NCBI GenBank assembly: GCA_963839305.1
Contig: CAWIUL010000011.1
Span: 2,377,561-2,441,560 of the forward strand
Direction: 5' to 3'
DNA from: an uncultured delta proteobacterium
GTDB lineage: Bacteria > Myxococcota_A > Polyangia > Polyangiales > Polyangiaceae
DNA length: 64,000 nt
Position numbers and translations under genes: made by a program
Notes under the pieces: generated by a model
The model's database searches: none
Told to the model about the DNA's origin: nothing
What the model saw: the letters and a program-made list of their open reading frames with translations, nothing else
Shown: piece after piece, positions 32,371 through 40,958 of the stretch
Layout of the letters: every line of letters starts with the position of its first letter
How positions within the stretch are numbered: position 1 is the first letter of the stretch

Positions 32371-33082
32371 ATGGAAGCGGTCCTCCGCGCGCGAAGCCTG
32401 ACGAAGGTCTACCGGATGGGCGAGGTCGACGTCGTCGCGCTCCGCGGGGTCGACCTCGACCTCTACGAGGGCGAGTTCGTCGTGCTGCTCGGCGCGTCGG
32501 GCAGCGGCAAATCGACGCTGCTCAACATCCTCGGCGGGCTCGACGTGCCGACCAGCGGCGACGTGCACTACCGCGATCACGATCTCACGCTCGCCGACGA
32601 GGCCGCGCTCACGCGCTACCGGCGCGAGCACGTCGGCTTCGTCTTCCAGTTCTACAACCTGATCCCGAGCCTCACCGCGCGCGAGAACGTCGCGCTCGTC
32701 ACCGAGATCGCGCGAGACGCCGATGGCGCCGACGAGGCGCTCGACGCTCGTCGGGCTCGGCGAGCGCATGGATCACTTCCCCTCGCAGCTCTCGGGCGGC
32801 GAGCAGCAGCGCGTCGCGATCGCGCGCGCGGTCGCGAAGCGGCCCGACATCCTCTTGTGCGACGAGCCGACCGGCGCGCTCGACTTCCGCACCGGGCGGC
32901 TCGTGCTCGACGTGCTCGAGCAGCGTGAACCGCGAGCTCGGCACGACGACCGCGATCATCACGCACAACGCGCCGATCGCGCGCATGGCCGATCGCGTCA
33001 TCACGATCTCGCGACGGACGCATCAGGAGCGTCGAGCGGAACGCGCGGCGCAAGATCGCGCGCGAGGAGCTGCGAGTGGTGA
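32371..33082 (+). pseudogene. ABC transporter ATP-binding protein (MacB/LolD/DevA-like), about 3 frameshifts
   Basis: The Walker A motif is in '[23 protein letters not shown]'. The signature motif is in '[36 protein letters not shown]' and the H-loop in '[21 protein letters not shown]', in shifted frames. A candidate TGA stop overlaps the GTG of the permease (GTGA). Confidence 0.6.
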
Positions 33083-35460
33083 GCGCGCTCGACAAGAAGC
33101 TCTTTCGCGATCTGCTGCGCCTGCGCGGGCAGGCGCTCACGATCGCGCTCGTCGTCGCGTGCGGCATCGCCGGGCTACGTGACGCTGCAGAGCACGGCGT
33201 ATCGTCGCTCGCTGCGCGCGCGGCGACGCTACTACGAGGCGACGCGCTTCGCCGACGTGTTCGTCGCACTTGAAGCGCGCGCCGAACGAGGTCGCGGCGC
33301 GCGTCGCGGCGATCCCCGGCGTCGCCGTCGTCGGAGACGCGGGTCGTCGACGCAGTGCTGCTGCCCCTCGAGGACATGCCGGAGCCCGCCGTCGGGAAGG
33401 TCGTGACCGTTGCCGGCGAGCGGGCGGCCCGCGCTCTGCGACATCGTGCCTGCGCGAGGGGCGCATGCCGATCGCACGGGCGCGCCGACGAGGCGTCGTG
33501 CTCTCGAGACCTTCGCCGACGCGCACCACCTCGAGCCCGGGCGAGCACGATCCCCGTGGTGATCAACGGCGTGCTGCGCGACGTGCGCGTCGTCGGCATC
33601 GCGCTCTCGCCCGAGTACGTCTTCGCGACGCACCGGCGAGGAGCTCGCCGACGATGCGTCGCTTCGGCGTCCTGTGGATGGATCGCGACGCGATCGCGCC
33701 GGCGTTCGAGCTCGACGGCGCGTTCGACGACGTCGTCGTGCGCCTCGAGCCCGGCGCGAGCGACGCGGCGGTGATCGAGTCGCTCGATCGCATCCTCGAG
33801 CCCTACGGCGGGCTCGGCGCCGTCACGCGCAAGACGCAGCCGTCGGCGCTTCATGTCGTCGCAAGAGCTCGATCAGCTCCGCGCGCTCGCGACGCTCGTG
33901 CCGATCATCTTCCTCGCGTCGCGGCGTTCCTGGTCAACGTCGTCCTCTCGCGCGTCGTCGGGCTCCAGCGCGGCAGATCGCGACGCTCAAGGCGCTCGGC
34001 TACACGAACGGCGAGATCGGCCTTCACTTCGGCAAGCTCGTCGCCGTGATCGCGCTCGCTCGGCACGGCGCCTCGGCGTGGGGCTCGGCGTCTGGCTCGG
34101 GCGCGGCATGCTCGATCTCTATCGACCGTACTTCGAGTTCCCGGACATGACGTATCACCTCGACCTCGGCGTCACCGCGACGGGCGTGGTCGTGAGCCTC
34201 GCCGCTGCGTTCGTCGGCGCGTTCCTCGCGGTGCGCAAGGTCGTGCGGCTCGCCCCCGCGGAGGCGATGCAGCCCGAGCCGCCGCCGACCTACGCGCCGT
34301 CGATCTTCGAGCGGCTCGGGGTCGATCGCGTGCTCGGGGGGCTCGGGCGAATGGTGCTGCGCGAGCTCACGCGCCGCCCGCTCCGCACGCGCTCTCGGTC
34401 GCGGGCCTCGCGCTCGCCGTCATGGGCCTCGTCACTTCGCGCTTCGGCTACGACGCGGTCGACGCGTTCGAGCTCGATGCTCTTCGAGACGGCGCAACGC
34501 GACGACCTCGCCGTCACGTTCCGCAACCCCGCGCCGGACGACGCCGCGCGCGAGATCGCGCACTTGCCCGGGGTGCTCACGACCGAGCGCCTGCGCGTGG
34601 TCCCCGTGCGCGCGCGCATGGGCCCGCGCTTCCGCGACGTGGCGCTCGTCGGCCATCCCGAGGGCGCGCAGCTCCGGCGCGTCTTCGCGTGGCCGCCGAA
34701 GGAGGCGGTCGTGCCGGACGAGGGCGTCATGCTCACGACGAAGCTCGCCGAGATCCTCGACGTGCGGCTCGGCGACGACGTCGCGCTCGAGGTGCTCGAG
34801 GGCGATCGGCGCGTCGTCCACGTCCCCGTCGTCGCGCTCGCGGACGAGGTCTTCGGCCTTCAGGTCCACGCGAGCGAACGCACGCTCCACCGCTTGCTCG
34901 ACGAGCGCGAGGGCGACGACGACCATCGCCGCGCGGATCGACGCGAGCAAGGAGCCGACGATCGAGCGAGCGCTTCGCGACATGCCGAACGTCGCGAGCG
35001 TCGTGCGCCGGCGCGACGATGCGCGACGAGTTCCATTCGCAATGGGCGAGACGATGTGGACCGAGTCGCTCATCCTCACGCTCTTCTCGATCGTGATCGC
35101 CGTGGGCGTCGTCTACAACAACGCGCGCATCGCGCTCTCGATGCGCGCGCGCGACCTCGCGAGCCTGCGCGTCCTCGGCTTCACGCGGCGCGAGATCTCG
35201 ACCGTGCTCCTCGGCGAGCTCGCGACCAACGTCGCGCTCGCGGTCGCTTCCGGGGCTCGTGCTCGGCTGGCTCGTGCTCACGCGCGGAATGCCGCGAATG
35301 GTCGACCCCGAGCTGATGCGGTACCCGGCGCTCACGTCGGACAAGACGTTCGCGCTCGCGGTCGCTCGTGCTCTTCGCCTCGGCGCTCGCGACGGCGCTC
35401 GCCGTGCGGCGCAGGTTGGACAAGCTCGATTTGATCGAAGTGTTGAAGACGAGGGAGTGA
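33076..35460 (+). pseudogene. ABC transporter permease with two FtsX domains (MacB/DevC-like), at least 6 frameshifts
   Basis: '[33 protein letters not shown]', '...IAALKALGYTNGEIGLHFGKLVAV...', 'MTYHLDLGVTATGVVVSLAAAFVGAFLAVRKVVRLAPAEAM' and 'TMWTESLILTLFSIVIAVGVVYNNARIALSMRARDLASLRVLGFTRREISTVLLGELATNVALAV..' lie in different frames. Confidence 0.55.
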
Positions 35461-35461
35461 C

Positions 35462-36666
35462 GATGGCCAAGCGAAACGGACGACGATGGGTGCGACGCGC
35501 GACTCGCGGCGGCGTTCGTCGTCGTGGTCGCGGCGCTCCTCGTGGTCGTGTGGATGCCCAAGCCGCTCCCGGTCGAGACCGCCCGCGTCGCGCGCGGCCC
35601 CATGCGCGTCACGGTCGACGAGACGGCGAAGTCGCGCGTGCGGGATCGCTACGTCATCAGCGCGCCGCTCTCGGGCGATCTGCTGCGCGTCGAGCTCCAC
35701 GCGGGCGACGCGATCGAACGCAGCGCCGTGCTCGCTCGCATCGTCCCCACGGCGCCGCCGCTGCTCGACGCGCGCGCGCGCCTCGAAGCAGGCAGCAGGC
35801 TCGCGGCGGCGCTGGCGACGCAGAAACAGGCCTCGGCGACGAAGGCCCGCGCCGACGTCGCGTTCGAGCACGCGCAGAAGAACGCGGCGGACGCGCAGCG
35901 ACTCTTCGACACGAAGGCCATCAGCGAGACCGAGCGGCGCAACTCCGAGCTCGACGAGCGCCTGAAGCGCCAAGAGGTCGCGTCGGCGAGCTTCGCCGTT
36001 CAAGTCGCCGACAACGAGGTCGAGCTCGCGCGCGCCGCCATGTTGCGCGTCGCGCCGAGCAGCGGCTCCGAGCAGCTCGACGTGACCGCGCCCGGAAGCG
36101 GCGTCGTCCTCCACGTGATGCGCGAGAGCGCCGGGTTCATCCAGGCCGGCACGCCGCTCGTCGAGGTCGGCGATCGTCACAACCTCGAGATCGTGTGCGA
36201 CGTCCTCACGAGCGACGCGGTCACGGTGAAGCCGGGCGCCAGGGTGTATTTCGAGCGCTGGGGCGGCGGGCGCCCGCTCGAGGGCCACGTGCGGCTCGTC
36301 GAGCCCGCGGCCTTCACGCGCATCTCGGCGCTCGGCGTCGAAGAGCAGCGCGCGCCGGTGATCATCAATCTCGACTCGCCGCCCGCGGAGTGGGCCGCGC
36401 TCGGCGACGGTTACCGCCTCGACGCGCACGTCGTCGTCTGGGAGAACCCCGACGTGCGCACGGCGCCTTCGAGCGCGGTGTTTCGCTCGGAGGGCGCGTG
36501 GGCCGTCTACGCGGTGCGCGACGGTCGCGCGCGCCTCACGCGCGTCGAGGTGGGACGACGAAACGACACGACCGTCGAGGTCACGGGCGGCCTCGGAGAC
36601 GGCGACGTCGTCGTCATGCACCCGAGCGATCGCCTCGTGAACGACACGCGCGTCGTCACGCGCTAG
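35462..36666 (+). pseudogene. HlyD-family periplasmic adaptor / membrane-fusion protein (MacA/DevB-like); one frameshift near the N-terminus, otherwise intact
   Basis: The ATG at 35462 gives 'MAKRNGRRWVRR', which shifts into the 380-aa ORF 35524..36666 ('VAALLVVVWMPKPLP...ARVARGPMRVTVDETAKSRVRDRYVISAPLSGDLLRV...'). It follows the permease by 1 nt. Confidence 0.65.
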
Positions 36667-36667
36667 T

Positions 36668-37177
36668 TCAAACCGACAGCCGCTCCTTCACGACGGTCCC
36701 GTCGTCGGCGAGGCCCGTGAGCTGCACGTAGTCGACGCCGAAGAGCTTGATCTTCACGAACACGCTCGAGATGCGCGCGGAGACGCCGTTGATGGTCGTG
36801 CTCGCGCTCGCGACGCATTTCCCGCCCTCGGCCCGCGTGTGGATCGTGATCGTGCGCGCCGGGAGACCTCGAAGGACGACCCGAACACCGTCGCGATCGA
36901 CGTCTTGCTTCTCGATTCCGAACGCGCGCTCTTCGCCTCGCGAGAGCGCCTCGGTCGCGTCCGGGCTCTTCTCGAGCATGCGCCAATACGCATGAACCGG
37001 CGCAGCGCCCACGGGCACGCACGTGTCGTCCACCGCGACCGCGTAGTGCACCTGGTTCTTGTTGGTGCTCTTCACGATGGATAGCGCGCTCTCGATCTCG
37101 GAAGACTGCGCGGCCTTCGTCGTGGGAGAGGCGAGCAAAAACGCAGCGGCGAGCGCGGTCGTGAGGATGTGTCTCAT
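36668..37177 (-). CDS. DUF4833-like secreted protein, intact
   Basis: The internal Met at 37177 gives 'MRHILTTALAAAFLLASPTTKAAQSSEIESALSIVKSTNKNQVHYAVAVDDTCVPVGAAPVHAYWRMLEKSPDATEALSRGEERAFGIEKQDVDRDGVRVVLRGLPARTITIHTRAEGGKCVAS...'. It has a signal peptide and lower GC. Its stop is 1 nt from the HlyD stop. Confidence 0.55.
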   Translation of the reverse strand: MRHILTTALAAAFLLASPTTKAAQSSEIESALSIVKSTNKNQVHYAVAVDDTCVPVGAAPVHAYWRMLEKSPDATEALSRGEERAFGIEKQDVDRDGVRVVLRGLPARTITIHTRAEGGKCVASASTTINGVSARISSVFVKIKLFGVDYVQLTGLADDGTVVKERLSV

Positions 37178-37266
37178 GGGCTCCGGAGAAGTTACGGCGC
37201 GGGGGTGCGTGCGCCAGGTGGGCTCGACGGTATTGGAACGACGTGGAACGGCTGCGCCGCACGGTT

Positions 37267-37917
37267 TCAACCGAGCAGCAGCGTGATCTCTTCCGAAGGC
37301 CGAGCCACGCGCGCGTCGTCGAGATCGAAGAACGCGACTCGCGAACGCGCGACATCGAGGATGGCGCAGCACGGCGCGGAGTCCAGCGCGAGCGTTCCCG
37401 GATTCACGAACACGAGATCGCCGAAGCGCCGAACCATGCGCTCGTGCGTGTGGCCGCCCACCGCGAGCGTGAAGCGCCCCTCGCGAAGGAGGGCGGCGAG
37501 GGCGTCGTTGCTCTCGAGCGCGTAGCCGTCGTCGTCGGGTCCGAGGCGCTGCATGTCGTCTTCGCCGACGCCGTGGCAGAGCAGCATGAGGCCCTTCGGC
37601 GTCGCGATCTCGCGCACCGTGGGGAGCGACTCGAGCAGCGTGACCGAAGCGCCGGCGAGCGCGTCGCGCGTGTGGGCGCGCGGCAGCGAGCGCATCGTGC
37701 CCGCGAGGAGCCAGCGTTCGTGATTTCCGCGAACACCGAGCGCACCAGCCGACGCGAGCAGCTCGCAGCACCGATCCACGTCGCCGTCTCCGTCGACGAC
37801 GTCACCGACGAAGAGCACGCGATCGACGTGCTCGTCCTCGAAGAGCTCGAGCGCCGTCGCGAGGCGCTCGTCCTCCGCGTGGATGTCTCCGAGGAGCCCG
37901 AAGCGCGCGGCCGTCAT
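37267..37917 (-). CDS. Metallophosphoesterase (YfcE/MPP family), intact
   Basis: 'MTAARFGLLGDIHAEDERLATALELF...VLFVGDVVDGDGDVDRCCELL...GVRGNHERW...LLCHGVGEDDM...AVGGHTHERMVRR..VFVNPGTLA' has the calcineurin-like motifs GDxH, GDxxD, GNHE and GH. Confidence 0.75.
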   Translation of the reverse strand: MTAARFGLLGDIHAEDERLATALELFEDEHVDRVLFVGDVVDGDGDVDRCCELLASAGALGVRGNHERWLLAGTMRSLPRAHTRDALAGASVTLLESLPTVREIATPKGLMLLCHGVGEDDMQRLGPDDDGYALESNDALAALLREGRFTLAVGGHTHERMVRRFGDLVFVNPGTLALDSAPCCAILDVARSRVAFFDLDDARVARPSEEITLLLG

Positions 37918-39276
37918 ACGGCGTCGCTCGCGCTCGCCATCTCGAAGTCGTCGCAGCAGATCATCGGCACGCGCATCACCTCACCCGAAGCGGGGACGCG
38001 ATAGGTCTGCGCCGTCATCGCGACGACGCGCGTGAGCATCTTCACGGGCGACTCGTTGAATCGAAAGTTTCTCACGGGGCGCGTGACACGACCATCTTCG
38101 ATCAAGAAGAGCCCGTCTCGCGTGAGCCCGGTGACGAGGATCTGCTTCGGATCGAGCCAGCGCGTGTACCAGAAGCGCGTGACGAGGAGCCCGCGACGAA
38201 CCCCCGCGACGAGGGCGGACGGCGAGCGGCCGAAGGCCGTCGCCGCAGACTCGGACGCGGACGGCGCGGTCGGCTCCGACGACGTGAGGTGCCACGTCGC
38301 GTGCGCGCCGGTCTCGGGGCGCTTGGCCTGCTTCGCCCAGAAACGTGTATAATACAATTGATTGAGCTTGCCGCCGTCGATCCACGTCGTCGGCAGGAGC
38401 GGCACGCCGTCGCCGTCCCACGGACAACCCGGCGTCGCGGGGTCGAGCGGGTCCGAGCGCAGCGTGACGCGCGGGTCGAAGATCGCGTCGCCGACGCGAC
38501 GGCCCGAGAAGAACGAGCGCCCCTGATCGGCGGCGCGCGCGTCGAGCGCCTCGATGAGGAACTCGAGCAAGTCGCCGACCGCGGCGGGCTCGAGGACGAC
38601 CGTGTAGCGCCCTGGGTCGAGCTTCGTCGGCGAGCGAGAGCGCTCGGCCCGGTCGGCCGCGGCCGTCGCGAGCGACGCGGCGTCGAGATCGCGCGCGCGC
38701 GTCCCTTCGGCGCCGGCCCACCCCGAGCCCGTGCCGTCGCGCGTTCGCATGGTGGTGGTCATCTGCGCGCGGGTCGAGGCGTGCTCGGCGCGGAGGCCCG
38801 CGCTCGTCGCGAGCGTCGCCCGCGTCGCGTGCGTCTCGACGAAGCCCGCGGCCGTGAGCGACGCCGAGTCCGCGCTCGAGGATCGCCGCGCGCGCCGCGG
38901 CCGCGCGCCCTTTCGCGTCCTGCCTCGCGGTGTCCTCGTCCCAAGCGCGTGCATTCTGCACGTATCGTTGCGGGCCGAGCGGCGGGAGCCACTCGGGGTC
39001 CTCCGGCGCGACGCGCGCGAGCTCCGCGGTGCGCGAGACGAGCTCCGCGAGCGACGCGTCGTCGACCTGGTTGGTCGCCGACTGCGCGTGGCGCCTCCCA
39101 AACGCGAGCTCGAGGCGCGCCTCGGTCGAGCTCACCTCGCCCGCGGTCGTGATCTCGGTCGCGGCGAAGCGCACGTGCCCCACATCGGTCTCGCGCACGG
39201 ACGCGATCGCGTCCGCGCCGAGCTTCGCAGCGTGCGACAAGACGCGATCGGCGATCGAGAAACCGCGCGCGCTCAC
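37914..39276 (-). pseudogene. pmbA: PmbA/TldD-family metalloprotease modulator (PmbA-like), 1 frameshift
   Basis: The GTG at 39276 overlaps the tldD stop (GTGA). The N-terminal frame reads 'VSARGFSIADRVLSHAAKLGADAIASVRETDVGHVRFAATEITTAGEV...'. The C-terminal frame reads '...GRYTVVLEPAAVGDLLEFL...GLLVTRFWYTRWLDPKQILVTGLTRDGLFLIEDGRVTRPVRNFRFNESPVKML'. The shift is at about 38.7 kb. Confidence 0.7.
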
Positions 39277-40844
39277 GCCTTGTCCTTTCGCTTGGTGTTG
39301 ATCACGTTCACGCCGCGAAACCGCGCGGGCGGACACCCATGGCTCACCGGGTTCGACTGCGCGGGCTCGCCCTTGCCGTCGACGAGCGAGCCGTGGAGCG
39401 TGAAGTGCTTCTTTCCGCCGAGCGCGTCGCACGCGTGCCAGAACTCGATGGTGTTCGACTGGTACGCCACGTCGCGCAGCGCGCCCGCGATCTTGCCGTT
39501 CTTGATCGCGTGGAACGTTTGTCCGCCGAACTGGAAGTTATAGCGCTGATGGTCGATCGACCACGAGCCGTCGCCGCTCACGAGCACGCCGTCGTCGGTC
39601 GAGGCGATGATGTCCTCGAGCGACACGTCCTTCTCGCTCGGCTCGAGCGACACGTTCGGCATGCGCTGAAACGGGATCGACGCGTAGTCCTCGGCATACG
39701 AGCACCCGCGCGAGCGCTTCTCGCCGATCCACGAGGCTTGGTCGCGTGTCGTCTGGAACGCCGCGAGCTTGCCCTTGTCGACGAGTCGCCATTTTTGGGT
39801 TTGCTCGCCGTCGTCGTCGTAGCCGCACGTCGCGAGGCCGCCGGGCGTGGTTTTATCCGCGTAGAACGAGAGGTCCTCGCGCGCGTACTCGAGCTTGCCG
39901 ATTTGATCCGGCGACGCGAAGCTCGTGCCCGCGAAGTTCGCCTCGTAACCGAGCGCGCGATCGAGCTCGGTGGAGTGGCCGATCGACTCGTGGATGACGA
40001 GCCACAGGTTGCTCGGCGCGAGGACGAGGTCACGCTTTCCCGGGGCGACCGACGGCGCGTGGAGCTTCTCGACCGCGTCCTCCGCGATCTTGCGCGCGTC
40101 GTTCTTGAGCGATGCGCGCGCGACGTGCTCCCAACCGGCCTGCATCGGCGAGAGCTCGTGCGAGCGCGTCACGAACTCGCCCGTCGCGTCGTCGGTCGCG
40201 GTGACCGTGTAGCGCGCCTCGACGCGCACGATGCGCTGCTCGATGAGCGAGCCCTCGGTCGAGGCGAACGTCTTGTCCTCCGAGAGGACGCGCGTCGCCC
40301 CATCCATGTATTTTGCACCTTTCACGGCGCGCGCCACGCTCCACACGTCGCGCAGGAGCGCGGCCTTCTCGGCGACCGTGATCGAGAACGGGTCGATGGC
40401 GACGGGCGTCGCCCAACGATCTCGATAGCGCCCGACGGGCGCGAGGATGATCGGCCGCTTGCGAGGTCCGGCGTCGGCGCGCGCGATCGCGACGGCGCGC
40501 TCGGCGGCGCGCGCGGCGCTCTCCTCGTCGACGTCGCCCGTCGCGGCGAAGCCCCACGATTGCGTCGCGCCGCCCTCGCCCGCGGTCACGACGAGCACGC
40601 GGACGCCGATGCCGTAGCTCACGTCGTCGCGCACCTCGACCACGTGATCCTCGCGCGTCGCGACGCCCTGATCGCGTCGCTTGACGACGCGCGCATCGGC
40701 GTACGTCGCGCCCGCGCGCTTCGCCGCTTCGAGCGCGCGACCGAGCACGTCCTCGACGCGCACCGGCGGCGCGACCGGCGCTCGCGGCGGCGTGCACGCG
40801 GCGACCGCGGTGAGGGCGAGGAACTCTCGTCGCGAGGCCTTCAT
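39273..40844 (-). CDS. tldD: TldD-family metalloprotease with a twin-arginine signal and a lipobox (exported)
   Basis: The intact ORF begins 'MKASRREFLALTAVAAC' (RR motif, hydrophobic core, VAAC lipobox). The TldD body has '...LVIHESIGHSTELD...' and a C-terminal 'GxC' metal-site region. Confidence 0.8.
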   Translation of the reverse strand: MKASRREFLALTAVAACTPPRAPVAPPVRVEDVLGRALEAAKRAGATYADARVVKRRDQGVATREDHVVEVRDDVSYGIGVRVLVVTAGEGGATQSWGFAATGDVDEESAARAAERAVAIARADAGPRKRPIILAPVGRYRDRWATPVAIDPFSITVAEKAALLRDVWSVARAVKGAKYMDGATRVLSEDKTFASTEGSLIEQRIVRVEARYTVTATDDATGEFVTRSHELSPMQAGWEHVARASLKNDARKIAEDAVEKLHAPSVAPGKRDLVLAPSNLWLVIHESIGHSTELDRALGYEANFAGTSFASPDQIGKLEYAREDLSFYADKTTPGGLATCGYDDDGEQTQKWRLVDKGKLAAFQTTRDQASWIGEKRSRGCSYAEDYASIPFQRMPNVSLEPSEKDVSLEDIIASTDDGVLVSGDGSWSIDHQRYNFQFGGQTFHAIKNGKIAGALRDVAYQSNTIEFWHACDALGGKKHFTLHGSLVDGKGEPAQSNPVSHGCPPARFRGVNVINTKRKDKA

Positions 40845-40958
40845 GTTCTGGGTCTCGGGCCATGTCCGCCACATGGACACAGCGACGAGCGCGCGCTCCA
40901 GTGGCTCGACGCTCGCACGATCGAGATCTCGCACCGCGACGACGACATGGTGGGGACC

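Noticed and set aside
33050-33082. Possible in-frame fusion of the ABC ATPase and the FtsX permease (no stop in the permease frame)
   Set aside because: Another frame supplies a TGA that overlaps the permease GTG (GTGA), which is the usual coupled arrangement. With at least 3 indels in the ATPase, the fused reading is most likely an artefact.
40855-40880. Nested palindromes CCATG-N7-CATGG / TGTCC-N7-GGACA immediately upstream of tldD, taken as an operator
   Set aside because: It overlaps possible alternative in-frame start codons of tldD (ATGTGG..ATGGCC) and is only 5 bp per arm. It is more likely coding or RBS context than a regulator site.
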